The notes beneath the pieces are model-generated. The model saw only the letters and a program-made list of their open reading frames with translations. It did no database searches and was not told where the DNA came from. Below are positions 14,405 through 27,519 of a DNA stretch of 64,000 bases, in pieces. The DNA is from Takakia lepidozioides (Eukaryota > Plantae > Bryophyta): assembly GCA_030704615.1 (NCBI GenBank), contig CM060734.1, forward strand, positions 47,492,001 to 47,556,000, read 5' to 3'. The stretch's first letter is position 1. Every line of letters begins with the position of its first letter. The translations under genes and the position numbers were made by a program.

Positions 14405-17400
14405 CTATAAGAGATATTGTTGGATAAAATCTTTTCTGTATGTTTTGGCAATTGACACTGGGTACTCAATGTACAGAAAATGTGACAAGAGCATATAAGC
14501 TGGCCAACTGCGCATGTTTCTGGAGACCTCGCAAAATTGCATATAGCCTTTGTATGTATTCACACATAGATAGATGTTACCAAAATCAGAAGAAGTGGCT
14601 TCTGATTGAAACAGAACACTTGTGAATGTTGGTGTCACTGGCCTCCTTGCCAATGGCGTTTACCCCGAAAGGTTGTCTACTAGAAAGGAGGTCACAACAG
14701 CATGTATATCCCTGTAAAAGTTCACATGTTGAATGCACCTCAGTCTTGTGTACATGTAGCACATATCATCCACATGCTGGACAATGTGATTGGTGCTTGC
14801 AAGCTGCATTAACTCTACTCCAAGCTTGCTTGATGCTGAAAATGATGGCAGAGAATACATAAGAGCAGACAACTTACTTGTCCACATGGAAGCCTAAAGA
14901 ATTAGCAAAAGGGGTGTCGATAGAGCCAGGGCAGCGACTGACAAACTTCTCCATCACTGCATCTTGCTCCCATTTCACCTGCAAGCAAGACAGAATGGAA
15001 CAAACTTACTAAGCAAGATTCTCACGACATCTGAAAATGTACAGTTCCTGGCCTCCAAGAAGACTGCACCACCTGCCCCTCCACACGACCATATTCAACA
15101 TCCACAAATGGAACGCACATTCACAAATCTAACCTTGTGAACACATCATAATAAATCTATTTTAACTGTAATATAGACAACGCTATCGTGTGCACCAAGA
15201 AAAGAATAACCAATCTAACCAAGGACGTTACGACAGGTCCCAACCAGATTGATGTCTCCTCCTGCCTCCCCCACAGCATCAACCATTTCCTTGGGAGTGG
15301 TCTGCAATGCAAGAATGTAGTTTAATCACCACTCCTGCTTGCTACTCATTTCATAGTATGTATCCTCAACCCACCTTTGGCCACCACCAGAACGTAACTA
15401 GCTTATGCAGCTACAATCATAATGCGCTGCACCACTTTACTTCAGTTGTGATACAAAACAAACCATGGACACCATGACGTCTGGTGATACTGTGAGGAAA
15501 TGAAGCACTCATATCACCTGAACAGATGCCTAACATCTCTTGACTTTGACAATATTTGTGACGCTACCAAACCAAAGAAAATTATGCACACACTTTGGAA
15601 GCAAATCAGACCGTCAAACCAGGCAGAGTGATAGCCCGCTCTCTCCCTCTCAAGGTCGGAATGCTCATGGCATGTTTAATATTCTGCACAACTGTCCTCC
15701 TAGACTGCAAACATCACGGAGCTCTGTTAGAATATAAGACATGCTGTGTCCACAGTGTGATCTTCATGCACCACAATAGCATAACCAACAATCCTTCATC
15801 AACCCATCCATGTAAGTAATTGAAAATGAAGGTGGGGTTTGAAGGAAAAAACACGTGCAACAAAGCCTTGGTATATTTTGTTCTTTGGAAGGGTATTTAC
15901 AAGCATCTCACAATGTGCATCCTTCTGTTGCTAACTGAGACATTTTGGGTTCAGAGCACATCATTATACCTGCACATAAAGAGGTAAAGATGGAGAAACA
16001 GGGCAAACCACAGACTTGCCATTGAGTGGCTCCCGAATTATAGAGGACCAAAACGTTTCATGTGCACTATATGGTCTGCAAGGTTTGTACAGTTGATCAG
16101 CATTGCTTACTTGCTGAATGTCAGCTATAGATGCCAACATCAAACAAGACAGATGAAACCAAAAAAAAAAGCATAACCGACTACTTGGTGGACGAGATGC
16201 ACGTGTTAGTGAAGATGGACATAGAAACAAAAGACAAAGAAAAGAACGTTACAACCTCCATGAAAAGCCAAGAGCTTATACAGCAAAAGAGGTTTATACA
16301 GCAAAAGAGGTAGTCGTTGACTACAACAGTATTCTTTGGGTATAATTGCTTGTCAGATGCATGACATATCTGACTGCTTTCAGTGGAAGTTCATATGTGG
16401 ATTTCAGCCTACCACAGCATATGAGACTCAGGCCAAATTGCCAGAACACCCAACAGACAAGAAAGAGTCTTTATGCGAATTCAGTGCTGCTCTATTGACT
16501 GATCGACAGAATACCAGAAAGCCTGTTGGTTCCGGCATTGCTCCTCTAGCACTGTCGCTTGTGACAGGTCATGGTTGCATTGCCAGTGATATTTTTGAGA
16601 AAAGAGCAGGCAGAGAGAGTGGATTTCAGCCTACCACAGCATATGAGACTCAGGCCAAATTGCCAGAACACCCAACAGACAACAAAGAGTCTTTATGCGA
16701 ATTCAGTGCTGTCTGTTGACTGGAATCGACAGAATAACAGAAAGCCTGTTGGTTCCGGCATTGCTCCTCTAGCACTGTAGGTTGCGACAGGTCATGGTTG
16801 CATTGCCAGTGATATTTTTGAGAAAAGAGCAGGCAGAGAGAGTATAAGGAAATCTATAATGTTCAAAGGGCACAAGGGAGGGAGAGAGCGAGTATGAACA
16901 TACCTACTGGGCCGCACTACAATTGCAGGAAGCCTGATACAACGCCCATCGATATATCCCCTTCTTGTAGCATCTGCTATCAAAAGCTCCGCAATCACCT
17001 TCTGCACAAAGTGTACAGGTACTTTTCTCTCACCCTTCTAGTATTGCTCAAGCTAATGGACTCAGACAAAATCTTTGACAAGCTAACTCACCTGTGTCCC
17101 ATATGAGGATCGGGGATAGGGAGTGGTTGTGTCACTGAATGCCTCCTACACAAAACAGGAGGACAAAAAGAAAAGGTAAGCCGCCTATGAATTCCTGGCG
17201 TTCAGTAGTTTTGGTATCAAAACTGAAATATGTCATGATAAAAACATTAATAACAATTGTGCCCAGTAGAATCACTGACCCCAGCAACGGGAAACACCCA
17301 CATTAAATCCAAATCCCTAATGTAAGCACCACAACCCCATGTTTGGATCATGACATCTCTAGTATGTATCAAAAAGAGCTGCCTCGTCTGTTTTGTTTGG

Positions 17401-19194
17401 CAAAGGAAAGAGACAAGAATAAACAAAAGAAATAGACTTTCGGTAGTAGCCTCCTGACATCTGTAAAACAGACACAAAAGGCAATGGCGAACATGAAGCG
17501 AGGCAGACGTGCTGATTATTTCTTCACAGATAAAAGAACATACATATTTGGCCATCCTAAATTACCAGACAACTGGTTGGTGAGGGGCCAAACACAGCAA
17601 CAGAACTTGTAAAGACGAGACGAGGACAGTGTCCTGCAGCCTTGCATTGCTCAATTACTGCTCTTGTGCCATCCACATTCACCTGTGGACACCACCTTTG
17701 GTTCACTAAAGATATACAGAGATATTGGTGTGTATGCTTTCATGTCTAAGAAAAGAGTCACAGCACTTGCATGCACTACTCTCCACAAGGCAAAGCTGTC
17801 CTCCCCGCTTCATAGGACTTTTTGGCTTACAAATCCAAATTAGTATGATGCCAATCTGGCACAAACAAAAGTAAATGGGGCTGGTGATTTGTACCCTTGT
17901 AACTTGCTTTCCACGAAGCCCAAAGGTATCACAGCTACTCTCAACTGTGTTTACAGAAAATATAGTAAATACTGCTACAGTAAATACACTATTCTCAATA
18001 GAGTAAAGACTGTTGAGGATAGCTGTGATATCTATTTGTAAGTTTATAAGATAGTTTATAGGTATTCTGTATTGCTCAAACCTGCACCAATTTAAAACTC
18101 TGGAGATGGCAGTTGGAACAAATTGACAAAACCTTCTCACCTTCAAACCAAGTTCATAGTCTGCCTCTGCGCCCCGAGGCAGCACAGCTGCCAAATGGTA
18201 GATACTGCATCCACAAGGCACAATCCATAACGTCGTGTGTATAAGACTACTACAGATTTTGGTGCTAACGGAATTCTTTCCTGTTCTGCCACCTTCACTT
18301 CCACAGGTAACCCACCCTGGTTTCGCTTAATACAAGTCTTACACTTACAGCACTTGGGCACTCCTCAATCAAACCAGGATGAAGTAACAATATATCATGG
18401 CAGTCCAGAGACTGCTGAATCTCACATCTTTTTATCCCCTGTCGTGCTGCACTCATATGTCAAAGTCGACAGACCAAGTGACTATGAACAGCGAGGCCAC
18501 TCCCAGTCCATTACAGACATGGGAAATCCCTGCCTGCAACAAAGATACTCAAGTTGGGAGAGGGACCACAAGAGGTAGAAACTCACCTATGCACATCAGT
18601 GGTAATAACGCTTTGTAAGAGTTTGCGATCTGCAACATCCCCAACTACCTGCACGATTCAGGCTCACGTTCATCGAATCGGTCAAAAGTAAATGCTGCTC
18701 AAAAATCCTCCGTAGCTCCAGTCACCAATTCAGGACATATCTCCTACCTCGGTCGCATCCCTCCCAGACGGGTCTGGAATACAACTCGGCTACGGGTACA
18801 AGAAGACTTCCTCCTCCAGCTAGTCGATGCACACTTGTTTTCGTTGCAAATGATGAAAACCCAGCTATATCGGATGTGGAAATCACACAAGGAGTAAGGT
18901 AATGCTGGCCGCGTAGCATTGCTGTATGCCAGTGAATGCCGCCATGCTGCACTCGAGTGCAAGAAGAACGAAAGAGACACAAACAACCAGTACGCGTTTT
19001 GCAGATCATTGACATGCCATGAAATCGCAGGATCAACGAGACAAAGAAAAATGCCTCACATATTTTGCGCCTTGGATAGCGTGCACGGGTGGCACAAAAT
19101 CCAGAAGCACCAGCTTCTGCGTTGGTAGAGCCTGGGCAAGCGCATGACCCAGAAATCCGCAGGCCCCCGTGATAACCACCGTGCCCTCGCCCAT
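14405..19194 (-). CDS. Extended SDR / NAD-dependent epimerase-dehydrogenase resembling bacterial D-erythronate dehydrogenase (DenD-like), about 11 exons
   Basis: Exons give VVITGACGFLG (Rossmann TGxxGxxG), IYHLAAVLPRGAEADYELGLK|VNVDGTR, RLVFTSSVAVFG, SSYGTQ|K (YxxxK), GYIDGRCIRLPAIVVRP, SIIREPLNGKSVVCPV, ITLPGLT|TTPKEMVDAV, VKWEQD, ANSLGFHVD. Canonical GT-AG borders; last exon and stop (14405) are tentative. Confidence 0.82.
16397..16843. repeat. Two-copy tandem duplication, unit about 222 bp, in an intron of the SDR gene
   Basis: GGATTTCAGCCTACCACAGCATATGAGACTCAGG... starts at 16399 and again at 16621; copies nearly identical, both ending AGCAGGCAGAGAGAGT. Confidence 0.95.
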
Positions 19195-19278
19195 CACATT
19201 CACAACACCGTGCCTCAACAAGAACTTTTTTGGGGGTTGATGTGAAGCTCCCTGAGATAGACGCAAAAGATACGTCTT

Positions 19279-19400
19279 CTCTCTCACTCTCAATAAGGAG
19301 AGATCTGGAGCTAAGTCGTTCTAGATTTCTCTCGGGTCTCCCTCTCTCACTCTCACTAAGGAGAGATTTGGAGTTAAGTAGTTCCAGATCTGTCTCTTTC
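19279..19400. repeat. Two-copy tandem repeat of about 63 bp upstream of the SDR gene
   Basis: CTCTCACTCTCAATAAGGAGAGATCTGGAGCTAAG versus CTCTCACTCTCACTAAGGAGAGATTTGGAGTTAAG. Confidence 0.85.
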
Positions 19401-19904
19401 ATTTGGCTTATCTTGGGAGAAAGGGATCCACCGATGGCCCCGCAGCGTTACTTGGAATTATTGGAGGAATCGTTCCCCCATTGTGGGTAAATGCGTTCCG
19501 TTGCTTTGCAGAAGCAGTTGAGCACGAAATCCCCTCGAATCCTTCTCGCAGTGCTACTCTCCAATCACTCCTCTTCCCTCTCTGAACAGCACGGCTTTCT
19601 CTGCACTCTGCACACAGGATTTCCCCTTCCCGCAGCTGCACCTGCACAAAAACCAGCTAAAAGCGTTCTTTCTTACTGACGGCAGCTACTGACAGCAGTT
19701 TTCTGAACTGATAAAGCCCCTTGACGACGGCATCTGATCATGCTTTCACGTATCCTGAAATCCGTGGTGGAGTGATTGTTCATTTCCTTATTCCTTCGTT
19801 ATACAAATGTCTTCGAGAGAAGTCGTGGAGTTTGCTCTGCATCAAGCGAAGTGCCACAAGGCTTTCAAAATATTTGAGTGGGTTTCTCGTGCAGAGGTTG
19901 ATAC

Positions 19905-20035
19905 AAGCATCAATCGTCAGACGGCGCTAGAATCTGTAACTGGTGGCCAGTATATATCGATCAGAGCAATCGCTGCGTTATATCAGGATCCCTCTTGTCA
20001 CTTCAGACCAATGGCATTCCAAAGAACTTCCTATG
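19905..20035 (-). pseudogene. Degenerate relic of the last exon and 3' UTR of the metallophosphoesterase gene
   Basis: TATCAGGATCCCT...CAGACCAATGGCATTCCAAAG matches 31568-31620; minus translation LECHWSE..RDPD with indels. Confidence 0.75.
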
Positions 20036-20784
20036 CGAAGACACGACTATCACACACTTAGACAAGGTGATGATGCATCTTGCCGCTGTATGGCAGCCAA
20101 CCAGGGCGTCCGTCTGGGTTCCATCACTGGCATCTCTTCTTCTGTTGCTCTTTCACCCCTCCTTGCCGCCCTCTTGTGTGGTTAGCATATTTCCTTTCAC
20201 CCCTAATGTACTACGAAACCCATTTCGGTCACGGCCTGTTTTCCGAACCATAACTTTCTGAATCCGGTCTAATTGAAGAGCTGCCAACGGGAAGATTGTC
20301 GTCCAGATTTTAGAGCTTTCCACTGCTACCTGCCCGAGCTTCATTGGCCTTGAAAAGGAAGAAAGTTATGGCTGCTCAAAGTTCAAAATTCATGAACGTT
20401 CGACATCGGACTACAGCGAGAGGTTCATTGTTTGAGCTCGAGGCCGGCTGCAGACATGAGACTTGCTACTGCTGGAAGAAAGCAGGATCAGTAATACTTG
20501 GCATGCTAATCTTAGTGCACATCTCAGATATATCCACAAGCAATCATGTACCTTCCTCATCTTTCCTAGGTTCACTGTATAAGGAGAATTCTTAATCCAA
20601 AAAGAGAGTGTCAAGCGCAGAAGTTTGTTCTCCGCTTCATTGATCCTTCACGACTCTTGTTTGGAGAAGATGGACACACAACTGTTGTTTATCCCTGAAT
20701 AGACGTTGTCTTGCAATCATTTCGACCATGCATGTGCAATTTACATGGCACTACAAGTTGCAGTTTTTGTTTAGCAGTCCACTA

Positions 20785-22255
20785 GTCCATACACCAATAA
20801 GGGTGGAAGCAGATCACCTCATCAGACTCCTAGAACTAGCTGGACACCTTGAAAACTAAATGCAACTTTGACAATCAAAAGAAAACATGATACTGGCGGA
20901 GAGGATACTATGCGATAAGACATCAAATGAAGCTTTGAAAGTGAATGATATCAACATTGTGATGCCTTGTTGAATTAGGAGCTCCGAAACATACTGTTTG
21001 AAAGATCTTTGTCAACAAATGCACGAGTCTTCTTGGGCTACAAGTCCTCACTTATAACCCATTCACAGGTGTTCTATAAAAGATAGTATTGGATAAATCT
21101 TCCATCTTTGTTATTTAAGCGATTGTCAAAGTACAGAAAATGTCACAAGAGCATATAAGCTGGCCAAAAGCGCATGTTTCCTGATACATCACTATCTCCT
21201 TTCTATACAGTATTCCTTCTGCTGCACACGTAGATAGATCATGTTACCAAAATCAAAAGACGTAGCTTCCGATTGAAACAGAACACGCGAATGTTGGTGT
21301 TGCTGGCCTGGCATTGTATATCCCGTAAGAGTTCACATATTGCATGCACCTCAGTACTGCGTACATCTAGCATACAAATTACATACTGTCCGCAATTGGG
21401 ACAATGTGATTGGTGCTTACAAGCTGCATTTACTTTACTCTGGACACGCTGCTGAAAATGATGGCACAGATTACAAAAGAGCGCCAGACAACTTACTTGT
21501 CAACATGGAAGCCTAAAGAATTAGCAAAAGGGGTGTCGATGGCTCAGCCAGGGCAGCAACTAACAATCTCCTCCAACACTGCATCTTGCTCCCATTTCAC
21601 CTGAAAGCAAGACAGAATGAAACACAGCTTAAGTACTAAGCAAGATGATATTCAGTCCCACGACCTCTGAGAATGTACAGTTCCTGGCCTCCAAGAAGAC
21701 AACACTACCTGCCCCTCATAGGAAGCCTCGAAGTTACATTCTCTTCTACCATTTCAACATCCACAAATGGAATATACATTCACAAATCTAACCTTGTGAA
21801 CACATCATAATAAATCTATCTTACCGTTAAATAAAGTGTGCTATCTTGTGTACTCGTTAAGAAAATAAACCTCAAGAAACTTACCAACCAGTCTCCTCCT
21901 GCCTGGCCCACAGCATCAACCATCTCCTTCGGAATGGTCTGCAATGCAAGAATATAGTTTAATCACCACTCCTGCTTGCCACTTGGAGTGCACATTTCAT
22001 CGCATGTATCCGACCCCACCTCTGGCCACAACCAGCAGTGTTGACCTGAACAAGGAGAGACTTGAACTGAAGGATTCTAGATTTGTCTCTCTCATTTGGC
22101 TTGTCTTTGTAGAAAGGAAGTAGACACCGCCGGCCCCTGAAGCGTTACTTGGAATTATTGGATCAGGAACAAAATCGTTAACTCCTCAGGACTCAATCTC
22201 CTATGAACATGGTTTCACGTATCCAAAAATCCATGGTGAAGTGAATGTTCATTAG
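20785..22255 (-). pseudogene. Tandem duplicate of the SDR locus with a large internal deletion
   Basis: 20785-22035 parallels about 14105-15390, including exons TIPKEMVDAVGQAGGD and VKWEQDAVLEEIVSCCPG*AIDTPFANSLGFHVD (in-frame TGA). 22075-22255 parallels upstream sequence 19385-19785. Confidence 0.88.
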
Positions 22256-22636
22256 AGGTTGTGACATTGCTCTGACTCGAGGGAAAGTGGCACAAAGCTC
22301 CTAGGACCCGCTCTCAGAGAAATTGGGGAGGGAGAAAGATTTCCAGGGTTCATTAAGTGCCTGCCTGCGACAGCTAAAAAGACCCGGGAGTTTAATGTTC
22401 GCGGGCCCACAATCCCGAAACAGTGAAGCAACCCGACACAAGATGAAACAAGTCAAACAAGAGTACGAGTGGCGACTGACTCTCGGGGCTGACTGTATGT
22501 ACCATATGTGGCGTGATTGTAAGCTACAATATGCCAAAAGCCAGATTTTACGCTTACTAACTTACCCTCAGTCTGTTGATTTGGAATGCGGGTCCGGGAC
22601 GGGTTAATCGATTTGTTTCCTATTACCCTACTCTAA

Positions 22637-24297
22637 GAGCATCTCCACGGTTTATCTACCCTGGTTACAGGGCAACTGTATCTTTTACAAGGACTGGTGG
22701 GCTGACACTCCACGGTTGGGAGGGTAGGAGACCCGGCAGAGATAGCCCCAGGACATCATATCTCATTAACTCACACATAGCTCACAAATTTAATGTAGAG
22801 TGGTTGGCTGCTCCAGTATGATTGGCAAAAGAGCCATGCTGGAGGCAAATTTAAGGCGGGACGGCAGCAAATCTAGCTGGTTGAGCCAACCGTTGAGCAA
22901 GCTGCGTTACTTTTTTGGACCCCACGCCCTTAGATTGTCATTTCCGGTAGAGAGCATCCCCACCCTTCTCACTGAAATGGCCCCTCTATGACCGTTATAG
23001 TACCTATGACCGATCACCTCATAAATGCTTGGGTCAGGCCACATGAGCTACCATTGCTGGGCCCAAGACTGCTCATTTTTGCCACTTGGCAAACAGTTGT
23101 TTGATAGAACCCCCCAAAAATTGTGATTGATCATAGGGCTCAAGGTTCACACAAGCATTTGGATTGGCTCAACTTTGAAACCCCACAACTTTGTATGGAC
23201 TTCATGAAATCATGCGCTTCCAAGTGTGTTGGGATGCCCAGGATGTGGGGCATCTTATCAATTTTATCCAGGGTAAAAATGACAAAAATTCATGGTTAGA
23301 TCTTCCGCCATTGATGAACGGTCATAGGCCTATCTACCCTAGCTATTGGTGAAGGGGTTGGTTCAGGATTCTCGAAAGATGAAGGGGTCGGCTGCTCGGA
23401 GCCACACCCTTGCTCCCTGGCTACGGCCCTGTATGCTAAGTTCCCGCCTTGCTGAAAAGATGTTCTCATATCACGTTCGGGACCCACCGTTCGCCTTCAC
23501 TGCCCACGCACAGCAGCTGGATTGGAAGCGAGAGGCTAGGAGGTGTGCTCTGACAGGGGGTTGGTGACAGGGGGTTGGTATCCTGTGAGCCCAGCATAAG
23601 CACAACACCGTAGGGGTTAAATGTTTTCGTCATAGGAATTACATGTTAACAGCATGGTGCACATGAGTACCTTCAGATTTATTTTCTCAGTGCGAAAGTA
23701 ATTTTTCTACTGCTTAAACTTCTTGGAAGCATTGGCGCACGTGTAAACGAGGCGCTCTACCGCTGAGCCGCCGATACCCCGGACTGAAAACCACGATTTT
23801 TGTTTTTATGGGGTTTTATGGGTATTCGGTTCGCATAACGTGAGGAAACCCCACGCCTATAGGGTAACATGTTTATCGTATATAGGTGTTACTTGTTTCT
23901 TAAGTGATGCTATGAGGGCCTATGTGAGCAGTTAAAAAAAGTTTCGCAAAGCTTTTAGTTTCTCAATTTTAGTTTCGTTGGGGAACATTCGAAAGGCATC
24001 TAGGGAATATCCTTAATATTCGCTTGTGCTCGCGTGAGCATGCTCACACGCTACCCAACCTCGCTATGACCATGGACCTCGCTATGACATATCCATGGTC
24101 GGGACGACTCGGTTCAGGAACGGGTTTAGGAAACTGAATATCGTGCATGGATTCAGTGAAATAGAGGCGGTTGAGTGTCCGCCCTTAACGGTGTATAGAG
24201 TAGTGGGGCAAGGTGTGGTACGTTTGGAGGCAAATTTGACCTTGTATACGAGAAGTAGGAGTGTAGGGGTTCATAGAAGCATAGGGTGGGGATGCTC
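22637..24297. mobile_element. Non-autonomous PIF/Harbinger (Tourist-like) DNA transposon
   Basis: Left end TAA|GAGCATCTCCAC (22637), right end GTGGGGATGCTC|TAA (24297), giving a 3-bp TAA TSD. A second left-end copy AGAGCATCCCCACCC at 22951 is a perfect inverted match to 24284-24298. No coding capacity seen. Confidence 0.72.
23727..23768 (-). other. Plastid-derived fragment (NUPT): trnV-UAC exon 1 / group II intron junction
   Basis: Minus strand GCTCAGCGGTAGAGCGCCTCGTTTACAC|GTGCGCCAATGCTT: tRNA D-arm, anticodon TAC, then the GTGCG group II intron 5' consensus. Acceptor stem and 3' half are absent. Confidence 0.75.
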
Positions 24298-27200
24298 TAA
24301 TAACACAGGGAAGGTCATGTGAGGTTATTTTTTCCTCATTTTATTCTCGGACTATCTCATGGCCGCGTCTTTTCATATTTCTCATTTTTTAATATTAACA
24401 TCTTCAATGCACCTATGGCCCTACCAATACGGCCGAGGTGAGCTCATAAGCCTACGGCCCATTCGTTGGGTTGGCCAGTTTCTGAAATTTTTCGACGTCC
24501 TTGTTCATCTACCGCACCGGACCTTCTAGCGGCAGACCCTCCAAACTCCAACCTTCGAGCGGAGTGGCAGACCCTCCAACGACCGAGAATCAGACTGTCT
24601 CCAACCTTCCAACGGACTGCAGACTCTTCGACAAAAATATATATTTAATAACCCCGTTGGTTGTTACAAAGGTGTCCACCTTCCTACCCGAAGGCAGTAG
24701 CCCTTCTAGGTCAAGTGACACCATAAGTTACACTTGCTTCGGTAACACATCTACCTTTTTCTTTTCATTTTTACTTTTCTTTTTCTTTTTTTTAATAACA
24801 CACATCACTTTACTGCCATTGATAGAACACCACACCTTGTATTTGTTGTTCATTGCTCTTAACTACCTCGTCATCCGCCACTTTCTACAAACCCTTTATG
24901 TGTATATTGTGGCCCCAATAGACTAGGTTGCCGGGCATACCCACACGCGGGCCCGCCGCAGCCACCCACGCGTAGACAACGAGTTTTTGTTGCTTTACAA
25001 AAGGCTCAAGCTCTATCTATTTTGCTGGGGTGGCTTCATCTGGTCTCCCTTCTGACCCATCATCTTTCGTTTGACCTTCTTTAGGCAGCAGGTGACACTA
25101 TGATTTCTTTTTGTCAATACATCTAGCCATCGAGCTCTAAGACATTTTGTTTCTCCTCTTGAGGACAGCTTTACCCATTTGTACAGTCGCCCCACTTGGG
25201 CCTTTTTATAAAGCTATGTGGATATGTTGTTTCCGTGCAGATGTATATTTGATTTATGCCTACCCTAGGATACCGTAAGTGGACCAATAAATAATATAAG
25301 TTATCCCCACACGAAGCAAACAGCTATTTACTATTTACCCGCACATCCTCACTGTGACAAGTTGCTAGCAAAAGCTTCCTGGTGGAAAAGAACAAAGGAA
25401 CATACAACATACCTGCAGGCATCAGGTACTCTTCAACTCAAAGTTGCTTACGGTATTATGGATTGTTTGAGCTTCGCACTCCGCGATCATTTTGCAAATT
25501 GCGCCATGAAGCTGCATCAGCGAGTGTGCACTGCTACGAGTGGCTGATCTGCACTTGGCCACAGGCAAGCCTCAGGAGGTTGAAGGTTGAGTCTTCTGTA
25601 GCGTCCAAGGGTGAAGTTGTAAAGCTTACAACAGTGTGAATCGGTAGAATCGGTGAATGAACAGGAAACAATGTGAGCTTAATTTAAGTGTCAATATGAC
25701 AAGAGCATGTGCGCAAGTTTATGACTCGGTGGATATTCTTAGTTGTACAGTCAACCTATATTCTATGAGTGTAAACCTTCTTTATGTGAGTTGAAAGCAT
25801 CCGAGGGATGAACTCAAGTCACAGCTTGCACTACTCATCTTCAGAAGACTGTCGGTATGTATGACCTTATTCCCCTTTCACTCGCCATTAAGATGCCGTC
25901 TGGACGCGCGTGCGTAGGTCGTGGCATTCTGTCCACACTTCCATGTTCACAGTGCATACCATCCTTTCGACAGGTTTGCCGTTCTGCTTCTGTAGTACGC
26001 AGCCGCCATAGATCATTCAGACCAAAGAGTGATCTGTAGGACTCCAAGTGCTTCTTGAGTTTTTGATTTTCAGGAGCATAGAGGAGGTATGCACGTATTC
26101 ACGATAACTGCGCGGTTCAAAATTGGCCTCAGCTACGGCTCGCTGTCGCTCATCCGCCATAGTCGACAGTGCTGGTGAGTTTGTGAGGATGATAGGGGGA
26201 GAGAAAAGAGGTGTGCCTGTGTATAGGGATGTCGGAGACCAGCTTCACATCTTGAGCTTTGGTACTTTTAATAACGAGTTAGAAGTCTGAGCCTCCGGTG
26301 TTCACTTTCCACTTTGGCGGAAGAAATCCTGGAGGGATGGGGCAATACTGACGCGCTGTACGCCTTGTGATTTAGTTGCTAGAAACGTACTGAAAGGCCG
26401 ATCATCTTTCTAACCCTGCTTCCCCACCAACCACCAGAAGGTGCTTCTCATGCATAGCAAAACTCTCTTCTGTTTTAGACGTAGTATGACCCTGACAGTG
26501 AAAAGCATATAGACCTAAAAGTTATGGACTTGTTTTGTACATAGAGAGGACGATTTATCTAGAGTATTTCCACAACTTGTTCAATCTGTACATGCTCAGG
26601 AGATTGGAGGAATCAATGCACGTCTTGAACTCCGTACAACACGTGATGCACCTGAAAACTCATGGGTAACGGTGGTTGGAACGATGCTGCTTATAAGTAA
26701 ATGTTGAAGCCTGGTTCGATGAGCTACGTCCACTGTGATTCAGGAATCTTTATAGGGCCCGCCCTCTCTCGTGGTGTTCACTTTCTCGGCTAGCCTGCTG
26801 AGATGGAATATGTTGACTACCACAATCCTATATCGTGATCAACAGTTTTCTTGTCCACACTCTCAATGACCTCAAACACTAGCTATAAAGTGACGAGGAC
26901 AGAAATAGTTAGTGTAACGTGACACGGTGAGCATTATACAACTCGCTCGATTACTTCCACATAGTTTGTGGCCTTGCATCTCTGTGTCCATGTCCAGGTC
27001 TAGAGTCGCACCAGAGCTTGGACGCCTTGTGAAGTATAGAAGTTTGCTCGCGAGCATCTTAAAAAACTGACAGTTCTAAGTGTATGTATCTATGTTCTCT
27101 TCCCGACCCATCCTTGAATACTCCATTACCGCTTGCAATCATACCATCTTTCTATCCTAAAAATATATATAAGTCCCATGATCTTTTTATGCTCATATGC

Positions 27201-27519
27201 TCATATCTAGCACATATATCCGTGCAATGTTCTCGATCGATTGTCACTATAAATTGTTGGCCCGAATCATTTGCATGGAATCGGTGAACAACACATTCAT
27301 AGTGATTACGTGCAATCTATGTAGACCTCTAGAGAGAATGTTATATGATTGCAGTTGGTTTTGGTGGTGTTGTAGTTGACCACGGATCAGCTTCCTCCAT
27401 TGCGCGGGACAGCCTTACTTCCGCCCGAATCTTGCTGTTTAGGCCGAGGGTGGCGAGTGACCATGCAGTCTGGTTTCCAAGCCTGAACTCCAAGCTCCAA
27501 ACCAAGTCCTCCTTTCTCG

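Noticed and set aside
18722-19402. 226-aa minus-strand ORF
   Set aside because: Overlaps SDR exon 1 in another frame and is built partly from a tandem repeat.
23727-23790. Functional tRNA-Val gene or tRNA-derived SINE
   Set aside because: Only a 5' part is present, with no acceptor stem, T-arm or B box.
24922-24960. Possible Helitron 3' end on the minus strand (CTAG plus GC-rich hairpin)
   Set aside because: Weak stem, no identifiable 5' end and no second copy.
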